Of a DNA stretch of 38,944 nt, positions 10,466 through 20,200 are shown piece after piece (positions within the stretch are counted from its first letter, which is position 1; the number at the start of each line of letters is the position of its first letter). Below the pieces are notes generated by a model, which did not search any database, was not told where the DNA came from, and saw only the letters and a list, made by a program, of their open reading frames with translations. This stretch comes from Tolypothrix carrinoi HA7290-LM1. GTDB lineage: Bacteria > Cyanobacteriota > Cyanobacteriia > Cyanobacteriales > Nostocaceae. Position numbers and translations under genes: made by a program. The stretch spans positions 1 to 38,944 of the forward strand of contig JAHHIK010000081.1 of the NCBI GenBank assembly GCA_019358935.1, in the 5' to 3' direction.

Positions 10466-11707
10466 ATGACCATGAAACCCACAGTCAACCACGCAATCGT
10501 CATTGGCGGATCGCTAGGCGGCTTGTTTACCGGGATCGTGCTGCGTTCCATTGGCTGGGATGTCGATATTTACGAACGGTCTTCCCACGATCTTGACAGT
10601 CGGGGTGGTGGTATTGTACTCCAGCCAGATGTACTAGAAGTGTTTCAACGCACTGGCGTTCGTTACGAAGAACCACTTGGTGTGGTAGCCCATGAGCGGT
10701 ATTATTTAAACCGCGATGGCAGCATCGCCCAACCCATGTCCATGCGTCAGGTGCTGACCTCCTGGAGTTTGCTTTATGGTTCGATGCGTCGGCATTTTCC
10801 GTCCGAGCATTATCACCAAGGTAAGACCCTAACTGACATCCAGCAGAATGGTGAGCGTGTCACTGCGATTTTTGCTGATGGCACTCAAGACACAGCTGAC
10901 TTGCTAATTGGCGCAGATGGGGGTGGCTCGACGGTGCGTCAGCAATTTTTACCGGATGTGCAATATCGGTATGCGGGTTATGTCGCTTATCGCGGCTTAG
11001 TAGATGAGACCAAACTAAATCGCGAAACTGCCGCTCTGTTTACTGAGCGCTTTGTTTTCTATCAATTCCCAAACTCCCACATTCTCCAATATGTCATACC
11101 TGGCGCAGATGAATCCTTGATATCAGGAGAACGCCGCTTCAACTGGGTCTGGTATGTCAACTATGATGAAGCCAATGAATTGCCTCGCATTTTAACGGAT
11201 AAAGTGGGGAAGCATCGCGATTACTCTATTCCCGCAGGGATGCTGGCACCAGATGTCGAGCGTGAAATGCGACGGTATGCAGATGCTGTGCTTGCCCCAC
11301 CATTCCAGAAGCTGATTGCTGCAACTACTGAACCATTTGTCCAGGCAATTCTTGACTTGAGTGTTAGCCAGATGGCTTTTGGGCGGGTAGCATTGGTTGG
11401 TGATGCAGCCTTTATTCCTCGACCACATACAGCAGCAAGTACCGCTAAAGCGGCGGCAAATGCGATCGCCTTAGCCGATGCACTAATTAAGCACAATCAT
11501 GATGTTATAAAAGCGTTGCAAGCCTGGGAGCCGATTCAAATGGCACACGGAAACCAACTTATGGCACACGGTCAGCTACTTGGCGATCGCTCTCAGTTCA
11601 GCTACGGGACTCTTCGGTATGGCGAGAACTTAGATACCTCAACATACGCCGTGAGGAAAGAAAGCGATCGCTACTTACATCCCAATAATAGAAGGGAACT
11701 ATCATGA
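10466..11707 (+). CDS. FAD-dependent aromatic monooxygenase (2,6-dihydroxypyridine hydroxylase-like)
   Basis: VIGGSLGGL, IGADGGGS, YAGYVAYRG, RRFNWVWY, LVGDAAFIPRPHTAASTAKA; GGAGG RBS. Confidence 0.9.
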   Translation: MTMKPTVNHAIVIGGSLGGLFTGIVLRSIGWDVDIYERSSHDLDSRGGGIVLQPDVLEVFQRTGVRYEEPLGVVAHERYYLNRDGSIAQPMSMRQVLTSWSLLYGSMRRHFPSEHYHQGKTLTDIQQNGERVTAIFADGTQDTADLLIGADGGGSTVRQQFLPDVQYRYAGYVAYRGLVDETKLNRETAALFTERFVFYQFPNSHILQYVIPGADESLISGERRFNWVWYVNYDEANELPRILTDKVGKHRDYSIPAGMLAPDVEREMRRYADAVLAPPFQKLIAATTEPFVQAILDLSVSQMAFGRVALVGDAAFIPRPHTAASTAKAAANAIALADALIKHNHDVIKALQAWEPIQMAHGNQLMAHGQLLGDRSQFSYGTLRYGENLDTSTYAVRKESDRYLHPNNRRELS

Positions 11708-12987
11708 CGGAACTAAAACATCCACATTCACAATCATATCAGAAGAAAGTCCGGCTTTACGGTCAGCCTGACTCAGCCCAAGCCTACGAAATCCGTGATT
11801 TTCTCAACCGTACTGTTGTCGAATTCGACTGGATTGCCCTCACTTGCGATGCTGACTGTTATAAAGAATTGGGACTGCCATCTTTAAGTAATGTCAGATT
11901 GCCAGTAGTTGAATTCCCGGATGGAACCCAGCTATTTGCCCCCACAATCCGAGAAATTGCCCAGCGCTTGGGATGGGTGACGCAGCCGAAATTCAAAGAA
12001 TATGACTTATCTATCTATGGTGCGGGTCCGGCTGGTTTAAGCGCCGCCGTTTATGCTGCATCGGAGGGCTTGCGGACTGTTCTCGTAGAGCGTCATGCCG
12101 TTGGCGGGCAAGCTGGCACTAGTTCTCTAATTGAGAACTATATGGGGTTTCCTGAAGGAATCAGCGGTGCCGACTTAGCTGAACGGGCACGCCAGCAGGC
12201 AGTTAAGTTCGGCATCGAACTTCTGCTGTTGCGCGAGGGAATGAAATCAGAATTTAAGCACAACCGGATCTATACCGACATGGCTGATGGCAGCAAAATG
12301 ATTGCACGGGCAAACATTTGTGCAACTGGTATAGAGTATCGGCGGCTAAATCTGCCAAATGAAGATCAGTTTCTCAAGGTCGGACTGTTCTACGGTGCCG
12401 GTGCAAGCGAAGCGCCAATGTGTGGAGGTGAACACGTCTTTATTGTCGGTGGCGGTAACTCAGCAGGGCAAGCTGCAATGTATCTTTCCCGCTATGCGAA
12501 AAAAGTAACCATGCTCATTCGCGGCGATACTCTAGCGGCTACCTTATCGCATTATCTCGTTGATCGAATTACTAACACAAGCAACATCGAAGTGCTCTTT
12601 CACGCTCAGGTTACCGGGCTTCTGGGTGATACATCGTTGCATCAGATTGAAATTACCAACTGTCGTGACGGTTCGGCGCAGAAAATCGATACTCGACGGC
12701 TGTTTGTTTGCATTGGTGGTGCGCCAAACACTGAGTGGGCAAAGGACACCAACATTATGCGCGATAAAGCAGGTTATTTGGTGACCGGATCGGACTTGCT
12801 CAAAGAGGGTCGTCCACCAGAGTGTTGGACGCTCGACCGTGACCCTTTCTTTCTCGAAACAAGTGTTCCAGGTTCCTTCGCTGCTGGCGACGTTCGGCAT
12901 GGCTCCGTAAAGCGAGTTGCTTCAGCCGTTGGTGAAGGTGCTATGGCTGTGACCTTCGTTCATAGATATTTAGAGGAAACGGCTTGA
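11704..12987 (+). CDS. Thioredoxin-reductase-like flavoprotein with N-terminal glutaredoxin-like domain
   Basis: GAGPAGL, GGQAGTSSLIENYMGFP, VGGGNSAGQAA, TSVPGSFAAGDVR; canonical CxxC absent; ATGA overlap with the upstream gene. Confidence 0.9.
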   Translation: MTELKHPHSQSYQKKVRLYGQPDSAQAYEIRDFLNRTVVEFDWIALTCDADCYKELGLPSLSNVRLPVVEFPDGTQLFAPTIREIAQRLGWVTQPKFKEYDLSIYGAGPAGLSAAVYAASEGLRTVLVERHAVGGQAGTSSLIENYMGFPEGISGADLAERARQQAVKFGIELLLLREGMKSEFKHNRIYTDMADGSKMIARANICATGIEYRRLNLPNEDQFLKVGLFYGAGASEAPMCGGEHVFIVGGGNSAGQAAMYLSRYAKKVTMLIRGDTLAATLSHYLVDRITNTSNIEVLFHAQVTGLLGDTSLHQIEITNCRDGSAQKIDTRRLFVCIGGAPNTEWAKDTNIMRDKAGYLVTGSDLLKEGRPPECWTLDRDPFFLETSVPGSFAAGDVRHGSVKRVASAVGEGAMAVTFVHRYLEETA

Positions 12988-13150
12988 GTCTAATGTTTAT
13001 CAGGGCAAACGCACCTTGTCAATAAGACATCCTCAATATTAATAAGCCAGGTTTCAATGGCATTAATGGTTGCAAGACTAAAAACTGTCTTGGCTTGGTT
13101 TATGAAAAGCGATCGCCTGAGTTTCTTAAATAATAAATCAGTAAACAAAC

Positions 13151-13188
13151 AAACTACCCAACAAATTATCGCTCTGGTTGGGTAGATT
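13151..13188. terminator. Hairpin between convergent genes
   Basis: CTACCCAAC..GTTGGGTAG stem; the minus strand continues TTTGTTTGTTT. Confidence 0.55.
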
Positions 13189-13251
13189 AACTTCACCGTA
13201 ATAAATCTTGACTAGCGGACTAGTTCAAAAACTTGATATTACCTTAATTCG

Positions 13252-13497
13252 TCAAACACCATAACGATTTTGATAGTAAGCCAAAATTTCCTTGACACGT
13301 TGCCGACTTTCTGCATTAGAGTTTGGCATCCAAGATATCTCTAAGTCGGCGATTTGGCTTTGATTGTAATCAAACTGTGGAGACGACTGGGGAATTAAAT
13401 CGACTTCTACCCCTTCGACTTGACGTAGATGAGCCGCTATTTCTTGATAGACTGCTAAAGCCAAGCCAGGAAATTCAATTTTCTCCTTCGTCTCCAT
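13252..13497 (-). CDS. Small conserved cyanobacterial hypothetical protein
   Basis: GLALAVYQEIAAHLRQVEGV..FDYNQSQI..ILAYY. ATG 13497 lies a few bp after the upstream stop. Confidence 0.8.
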   Translation of the reverse strand: METKEKIEFPGLALAVYQEIAAHLRQVEGVEVDLIPQSSPQFDYNQSQIADLEISWMPNSNAESRQRVKEILAYYQNRYGV

Positions 13498-13502
13498 TTT
13501 TA

Positions 13503-14441
13503 TCAAGCTCCGGTACTAGTAGGATTTTGGGGTGGTGTTGTGACTGAAACAGGATTTTGCGGTGTTGTCGTGGGTGAAGCTGCGTTGATAGGCGATTCTC
13601 CTACATTTCTAGCAACTTCCATACCGTATTGTTCAAAAATCACGACTGGATTAGAACCTTCATTCATTTCAATACGTTTTACCAGTACACCATTTGCCAA
13701 TCGCTGTCCTGCCAGCACATACCGACTCGTTGGTTCATTTGGTACTTTGATAATTGCCTGGGGTTCTTGACCAATTAAAACTACACCTGTGACAAGAACT
13801 GCTCTTGCTAATTCAGGTTGTACTGGCGGTGGTAATACAGATACTAAAGTCGGGTTGGGGACAACTAAAGGCAAAACCTTGGGTACGACTGGAGTAAAAC
13901 CAGGGCTAGGTTTTGGTAGGCTACCTGAAGCGATCGCTCCTTTGTTTATTTTATTTATTTTATTCTTTTGTGCCCTCAAAAGTTGTGGCTGACTCGGTAT
14001 TCTAGTTTTGGCTGATATTACCGCGCTCGAGCGTGTGGGAAGTCTTCTTGACGTAATTATTGCACCCCTAGCAACTGGTAGGGGAGGTAACACCGGAACC
14101 GATCTGCCAAATGTAGTAGGCGTATTCGTGTTCGTGTTCGACGTGCTGGCATACGTCGGCGAGAAAAGTTGTCCAAACGGGTCAGGGCGACCTTTTGACA
14201 CTACAATTACCCGCTCTGTGGCATTAGTTGGTTGAATTAAGTTAGGAGTAGTAGAAGCTACTATTGGAGCCTGTTTAGCAGCTACAACTGGATTTTTAAA
14301 CGATTGAATCGCCGATGGGGACTGAGTTGGTGCGCTGTTGGGAGTTGGCGTAGGATTACTAGCTTGTTCTGATTCGTCAGCACAAGAGGCGATCGCTAAA
14401 GCTAAAATAGCTGCCACTACAATTTTTAAATTTCTGCCCAT
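13503..14441 (-). CDS. Lipoprotein with PilP/GspC-HR-like C-terminal domain
   Basis: Lipobox LAIASC, P/T-rich linker, GRPDPF motif, C-terminal beta domain VTGVV..PQAIIKVPNE..RYV.AGQRL.NGVLVKRI. The CDS is secure; the PilP resemblance is inferred. Confidence 0.8.
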   Translation of the reverse strand: MGRNLKIVVAAILALAIASCADESEQASNPTPTPNSAPTQSPSAIQSFKNPVVAAKQAPIVASTTPNLIQPTNATERVIVVSKGRPDPFGQLFSPTYASTSNTNTNTPTTFGRSVPVLPPLPVARGAIITSRRLPTRSSAVISAKTRIPSQPQLLRAQKNKINKINKGAIASGSLPKPSPGFTPVVPKVLPLVVPNPTLVSVLPPPVQPELARAVLVTGVVLIGQEPQAIIKVPNEPTSRYVLAGQRLANGVLVKRIEMNEGSNPVVIFEQYGMEVARNVGESPINAASPTTTPQNPVSVTTPPQNPTSTGA

Positions 14442-14616
14442 TAACCGTTCTCAAAAGCTATAGGAAAATTTGTTAATTGAAATCTACCTTGTGAAATTTA
14501 CATCAAAGGCGAAATCTGTTCCTTTTATAACCTACTTTTTTGCTTTTTAAAGATGGCTTTAAATACTGTCAGTAAGCGTGAAAATGCGGTGAACTTTTTG
14601 TCAGTATTACTGACAT

Positions 14617-15393
14617 TTAATCTTCTGGCACAGACATTAGATGTTTCAACAAGCCCAGCCCTTTTTTAACTCTCCGGGAAACTGTTACTACACTAATTCC
14701 TAAATGTTCTGCAACTTGTTTTTGTGTCAAGTCCTGTAAAAATACGCATTCTAAAACTTCGCGGGTGCGTTTTTCTAGCTGAAAGAGTGCTTGTTGCAAA
14801 CGAATTTGGTCTTCTTGCGCTAGTTGAAAGCTGCGGTAACGGTTATCTGGAACCAATTCTCCCAAGTTAGTAGAATTTTCTTCTCCGTCCTGTACAGGCA
14901 CATCTAAGCTCAATGGAGCGCGATTGACCCAGGCTAATTTAATTTCTTGCCATTCGCTTGTAGAAATTAAGAGCGCTGCTGCTAATTCCGAGTCAGTTGG
15001 CTGACGATTGTATTTTTCGCGCAAAGAACGCGAAACTCCGATTGACTGCTGTTGCAGCGCTAACCAGCGTCGGGGAATCCGCACGGTGACACCTTTATCT
15101 CGGAGGTAATGTTGAATTTCACCCCGAATGTAAGGAATGGCAAAGGAACTGAAGGCATGACCTTTGCAAATTTCAAATTTTTCAATAGCTCGAATTAAAC
15201 CTAAACAACCCACCTGGAGCAAGTCTTCATAGTTTTCCTGACATTGATTCATCCAGTAGTGAGCTTCTTTTCTCACCAGTCCAAAATTAAGTTTTACCAG
15301 TTGATTGCGAACAGTTGCCGAGGGGGATTGCTGATATTCTCGCAACAACTGCCAAATTTCATGCTTCAGTTCGTAGGTGACAGTGGTTGGCAT
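14617..15393 (-). CDS. sigF: Group 3 RNA polymerase sigma factor (SigF type)
   Basis: LNFGLVRKEAH, EDLLQVGCLGLIRAIEKF, FAIPYIRGEIQHYLRDKG, region 4 LTQKQVAEHLGISVVTVSRR; adjacent to psbO. ATG 15393 preferred as start. Confidence 0.88.
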   Translation of the reverse strand: MPTTVTYELKHEIWQLLREYQQSPSATVRNQLVKLNFGLVRKEAHYWMNQCQENYEDLLQVGCLGLIRAIEKFEICKGHAFSSFAIPYIRGEIQHYLRDKGVTVRIPRRWLALQQQSIGVSRSLREKYNRQPTDSELAAALLISTSEWQEIKLAWVNRAPLSLDVPVQDGEENSTNLGELVPDNRYRSFQLAQEDQIRLQQALFQLEKRTREVLECVFLQDLTQKQVAEHLGISVVTVSRRVKKGLGLLKHLMSVPED

Positions 15394-15744
15394 AGCACCG
15401 CTTTTATGAGTCAAACAGACAATGAAAAAGAGGGGGAAATATGAGTGTTTTTTATTTAGCTTTGGGATGACCTATAGCTGGAAAAAACTACCTAGACAAA
15501 AAATATAAAATTTGTTACTAATTATCAAACCGAAATTGTACTTAATTTTTATTTATTAATAATCGGGTTTTCGTCTAGAGATAAACTGAAGCTAAAAAGG
15601 ATTTATATAGATACGAGCAACTTTTTTCAGCAAAATTACTGAAATTTAAAAAAGTCATTCATGACATCTTTAAATTGGGGACGCTTGGATTAGGAACTGG
15701 GAAAACTTCTTGCCAATCGCTAGGACGCTTGATATTCACCCAAT

Positions 15745-15772
15745 AAAAAAAAAGGGCTGTGTAGCCCTTTTT
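15745..15772 (-). terminator. Terminator downstream of psbO
   Basis: AAAAAGGGCT-GTGT-AGCCCTTTTT with A/T runs on both sides. Another hairpin (TTGAGTA..TACTCAA, 15929-15957) abuts the psbO stop. Confidence 0.75.
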
Positions 15773-15964
15773 GGATTTAAATTGGTTGTGATGATGTCAG
15801 GTAAGTCAAATAAGAGCGCTTTTTAGCAGAAGAAAAGCCTTAGTCCCCTAGCATTTCTCAGATGAAATATGAAAGGGGAAGAAGGTGCGTGAGCCTGATT
15901 AACCTAAACATTGAACAAAATTACGGTTTTGAGTACCATTTATGTGTGGATACTCAATCTTGAT

Positions 15965-16795
15965 TTAGGCAGTTGGTTCAACCCGACCGTAAAACAGACC
16001 GCGAATTTTAACTTCTTTAGGTTCGCCAGCGCCTAAATCGGTATCGGAGGGCTGGTCACTCTCGAATGTACCAGCAATTTCACCAGTAGCACTGTCTACT
16101 TTGGCAATCGAGAGAGAAATTCTGCCTTTAAGAACTTCTGCACGCTTAACATTAGTTCGGGTAAGGTCTTTCTTATCTGCTTGGGCAGGGAGAGCCACAG
16201 CATTATCATAGCCACTGACGACACCGCGACCTTTAGGATCTAAAAAGGCAGCACCGCGATAAGAAGGAACTTTGAATTCGCCTTCAAAATCCGTGGAAGT
16301 ATTAATCGAAGTCAAACCAGGTTGTGATTTCGCAACCAAGTTTTTGATGGTGAACAGGAAAGGTACTCGTTCACCGCCAGGTAGTTGTACAGTGGTGGCT
16401 TGGAAGTCCAAACCATCTTTTTCCACAAAAGTCAAGCTTTTATCTGGGTTGACTTTTATATCGCCTTGCACCTGGTCAATGGTGGAAGTGTATCTGGTCA
16501 ACAATTTGCCCGCAATAAATTCAGCTTCTTGCCGTTTGTTAGCAGGTTCTTCTTTGATAAAGTAATTAGTCGGTTCCAAACACAGTTCTTTGAGCACGTA
16601 AGACTGGCTAGAATCAATGGGAATGGAACCACGGCTTGTTTCTGTTAATTGGGGGCATTTGTTAGCCAAGCCAGTGCCTCGAATTTGTTCGTAAGTGAGT
16701 AAATCCCTGCTGCTAGAAGAGGGAGCATCACTACAAGCTGTTATTAGTCCCAGGCATAAAGCCAAGAATGCAACAATTAAAGCGCGATACCTCAT
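15965..16795 (-). CDS. psbO: PSII manganese-stabilizing protein
   Basis: GTGLANKCP, LLTRYTSTIDQ, GGERVPFLFTIK, FLDPKGRG, QPSDTDLG; ATG 16795 (MRYRAL). Confidence 0.99.
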   Translation of the reverse strand: MRYRALIVAFLALCLGLITACSDAPSSSSRDLLTYEQIRGTGLANKCPQLTETSRGSIPIDSSQSYVLKELCLEPTNYFIKEEPANKRQEAEFIAGKLLTRYTSTIDQVQGDIKVNPDKSLTFVEKDGLDFQATTVQLPGGERVPFLFTIKNLVAKSQPGLTSINTSTDFEGEFKVPSYRGAAFLDPKGRGVVSGYDNAVALPAQADKKDLTRTNVKRAEVLKGRISLSIAKVDSATGEIAGTFESDQPSDTDLGAGEPKEVKIRGLFYGRVEPTA

Positions 16796-17297
16796 GGTCA
16801 ACCTCAATTTCGTCAAAAATTAATATCTCAGTTGTAAAACTGGGTAGGGTCAAGGAAAATATGGCTATTCTTCTTGTCCCATCCGAAGCAGTGCGTGGGA
16901 TTTTTACCCCACACGGCTACAATCATGCGTTTTTACCCTTTTGTCATTATCGGGCTTCAGGCTGCCATCAGTAACAGTTTTTTCGTCATGGCATAGCATC
17001 CATAGCGTAGACAAAAGTCTTTGGTTGTTACGTAGATGTCGCCACTACATGTCTTATGGAATTAAACTATGCCAGATCATACGATTTTTTTTAAGGAAAA
17101 ATCTAAGGACTTTGATCTAAGGCAGGAAAATAGCGATCGCTTAGACGGTCATCCGCTCGATTCCCACCCCAAAAAAGTTCGCCTTGAGAAGCGTTTGTGT
17201 TTTCTTGCCCTGATGCTGTAAATCTCTGTCCAGTCTTCTCATCAAGCGATTTGCTGGCTGACTCGTAATATTCTGATTTATAACTTTAGCAGTGATG

Positions 17298-20200
17298 TTA
17301 CTGATTTTTACAGACCGTAAGTTTTTTTTGCTCCTCTGGGTGATTGGCGAGGTAATCTTTAAGCCAGGTACAGCCCCTAGTGATTAATTTGTCTAAGTCC
17401 TGTAATTCATCAAAACTGGACAATTGTACGGTACCATCCTGCCCGGATGTCACCACCCCATGTCCATCAGGGATAAAATTTACACTCCAAATTGTGGCAT
17501 CATGATTGGTAGGAAACTGCATGAGCGGTTGCCCAGATAAGTCCCAAAACCTAACTACATAGTCTGTTCCTGCGCTAACTAGGTGCTTTCCATTCGGACT
17601 AAAACTAATACCATAAACTTTACTTTGATAGCTTCTCATCACAGCAAGTTGTTGTCCAGAGAGATTCCATAGTCTAACTGTGCGATCGTGTCCTGCTGTC
17701 GCAATAGTTTTCCCATCTGGACTAAATTTGACACGATAGATAGGTCCTGCATGACCCTTCATTAAGGCTAGTTGTTTTCCAGCTAGATTCCACAGACGAA
17801 CCGTACCGTCAAATCCTGCTGTCGCAACGATTGGCTCAACTAAACTAAAACTTACACGCAGAACTCCCCCATAATGCCCTTTTAACAGACGTATTTCTTT
17901 CCAAGAATTGCCAGAAAATTGATAAATTCTTGCTCCATCATCGTTAGCTGTAGCAATGAACTGATTATCTCGGCTAAAACTAACATCTCCACCTGCATTA
18001 TCGTAGCCTTTCAAAATTGCTACCGTTTGTCTTGAGGCAAGATTCCAAATTCGGACTGTAGCATCCCTTGAAGCGCTGGCAAGAAGCTGTCCATTTGGGC
18101 TAAAAGTTAATTTTTCAACGTGCCATCTATGACCGTTTAACACAGCCAGTTGTTTGTTTGATGGGTATTCGTAAAGCCGAACGGTATTATCCTGTCCTGC
18201 GGTAGCCATTACTTTTTTATCTGGACTAAAAGCCACATCTCTAATACCTTCCCACTCACTTCTAAATAAAGTCCTCGATAAAACTGTTTGCTTGTTTGAG
18301 AGGTTCAAAAGTCTGGCTCTACCATCAAATGCTGAGGTAGCAATATAATTGTCATCTGGGCTAAGACTTGCTCTAGCAACACCCCCGACTAAAAGCTTGA
18401 ACTTATTCAATATAGTTGGTTCATTTAAAAGGTTATCCCAAAGTCGAACTGTATCTCCTCCTGCCATCATCAAGTGCTTTCCATCTCGACTGAAACTGAT
18501 GCTTTTTACCCATTCCTCACCAGAATCAAATTGTTTCAGCATCTTTCCTGAGATATCCCAAATTCTTGCCACACCATTTCCATCAGAAGCAGCAATATAC
18601 TTTCCGTCTGGACTGAACGCTGAAGCCCCGGCTGAACGATCTACTAATGACAACGATTGCTGTGTAGATAAATTCCAAAGTAAAATTTTGTCCTCTCCTG
18701 TCGTCACCAAATGTTGTTCATCTGGACTAAAATTCACACTCCAGACTTGTCCTTGACTATTTAAGGTAGCTAGTTGCTTTCCTGACCAGTCCCAGATTTT
18801 GACTTGATTGTTATTAGTGCCTCCTACTGTTGCAATGAGTGGTTTTTGATTCTTGCTAAAACTGAAGCTAATAATTGGACTGCCATATGCTGGAGATTGA
18901 GTTACTATCTTCTGTTGTGACCAGTCCCAAAGTCGAAGTTTATCATCTTTACCTGCTGTAAATAGATACTTTGAATCGTTATTAAACCATGTAATCGAGT
19001 CTCCTGGTGCTTGCAATTGAGTTTGTAGTTTTCCAGACAGATTCCAGATGCGGATGATACCATCTACTCCTGTTGTAGCTAGATATTTTCCATCTGGACT
19101 AAAACTTACATTGTTGACCCTACCTTGATGACCGGAAAATTGATTTTGTTCGTGAATTTTTTGTATAATCGTCCATAGAGCGAGTAGAACACTGCCTGGA
19201 TATTCTTTAACGTCTTTTTCACTCAACAAGGTTTTTAACTCTTGTCCGCTTTGCATAGCTAAAAGTAAAGCGGACATTTGATCGTCAGACTCAAATTGTT
19301 GGATAGCTTCATTGGCTGCTTTTTCGATTTTTTTGATTTGAAGTTCTCTTGATGCTTTTTTTATATCTGTTTGTGCTATTTTAGCTTGATTTTCAGCCTG
19401 TTTTTGTCTTTCTATTGCTTGTTCTTCTTTTGCTTTAGCTTCTTTTACTTTTTGTTTAGCTTCATCAACTATCTGGTCTGATTCTCCTTGTACAGATTTA
19501 AGTCTTAGTTTTGCTTGCTGAGTTTCTTCATGGGCAATTTCGGCTTCTTGCTTTGCGTTCTCTGCTGCAAATTGGGCTTGAACTGCCCCTAATTTTGACC
19601 TATCGTTATCTTGTTTGGCTCTATCAGCTTCTTGTTTGGCTTTTTCAGCTTCTCGTTTTGCCTTATCTTGCTCTTTGTTTGCTTTTTCCGTGATTTCCTT
19701 GGCTTCTAGTTTGGCATCTGTGGCTAATAATTCTTGCGCTTTAGCATTCATAAAAGCCTTACTCGCATTCATAAAAGATGCGCCTGCTGTCAGTATGGCG
19801 ACTCCAACAAGAAAAGAAGTTACAATTACGATAATACGTCCTCTTTTAATCCTGGTTTCTACTTCTTTTTCGGCTTCTATTAATCTTTGGTTAACTTGTT
19901 TCTCTTGCTCTCGATAAAGTGCTATCTGTTGCTGTGCTTGTGCTAAATCTTCTTCAAATTCTCGATTTTCTAACTCCTGACAAGCAGCTAAAAATTGATA
20001 ATCTCGATCGCTTAAACTTTTTCCTGCTGACCATTTGAGTGCTTGCTGTAATTTTTCTCCCCGCAAGAGTTGAGACTCATCTCGATTGTGGTCAGCTACC
20101 CAAGCAGCTAATGCCTGAACATAAAAATCAGGTCGCAGTTGTGTTAGTTTCACATCAACCCAAGATAAATTAAAGACAGATTCGTAAATTCGGTTATAGG

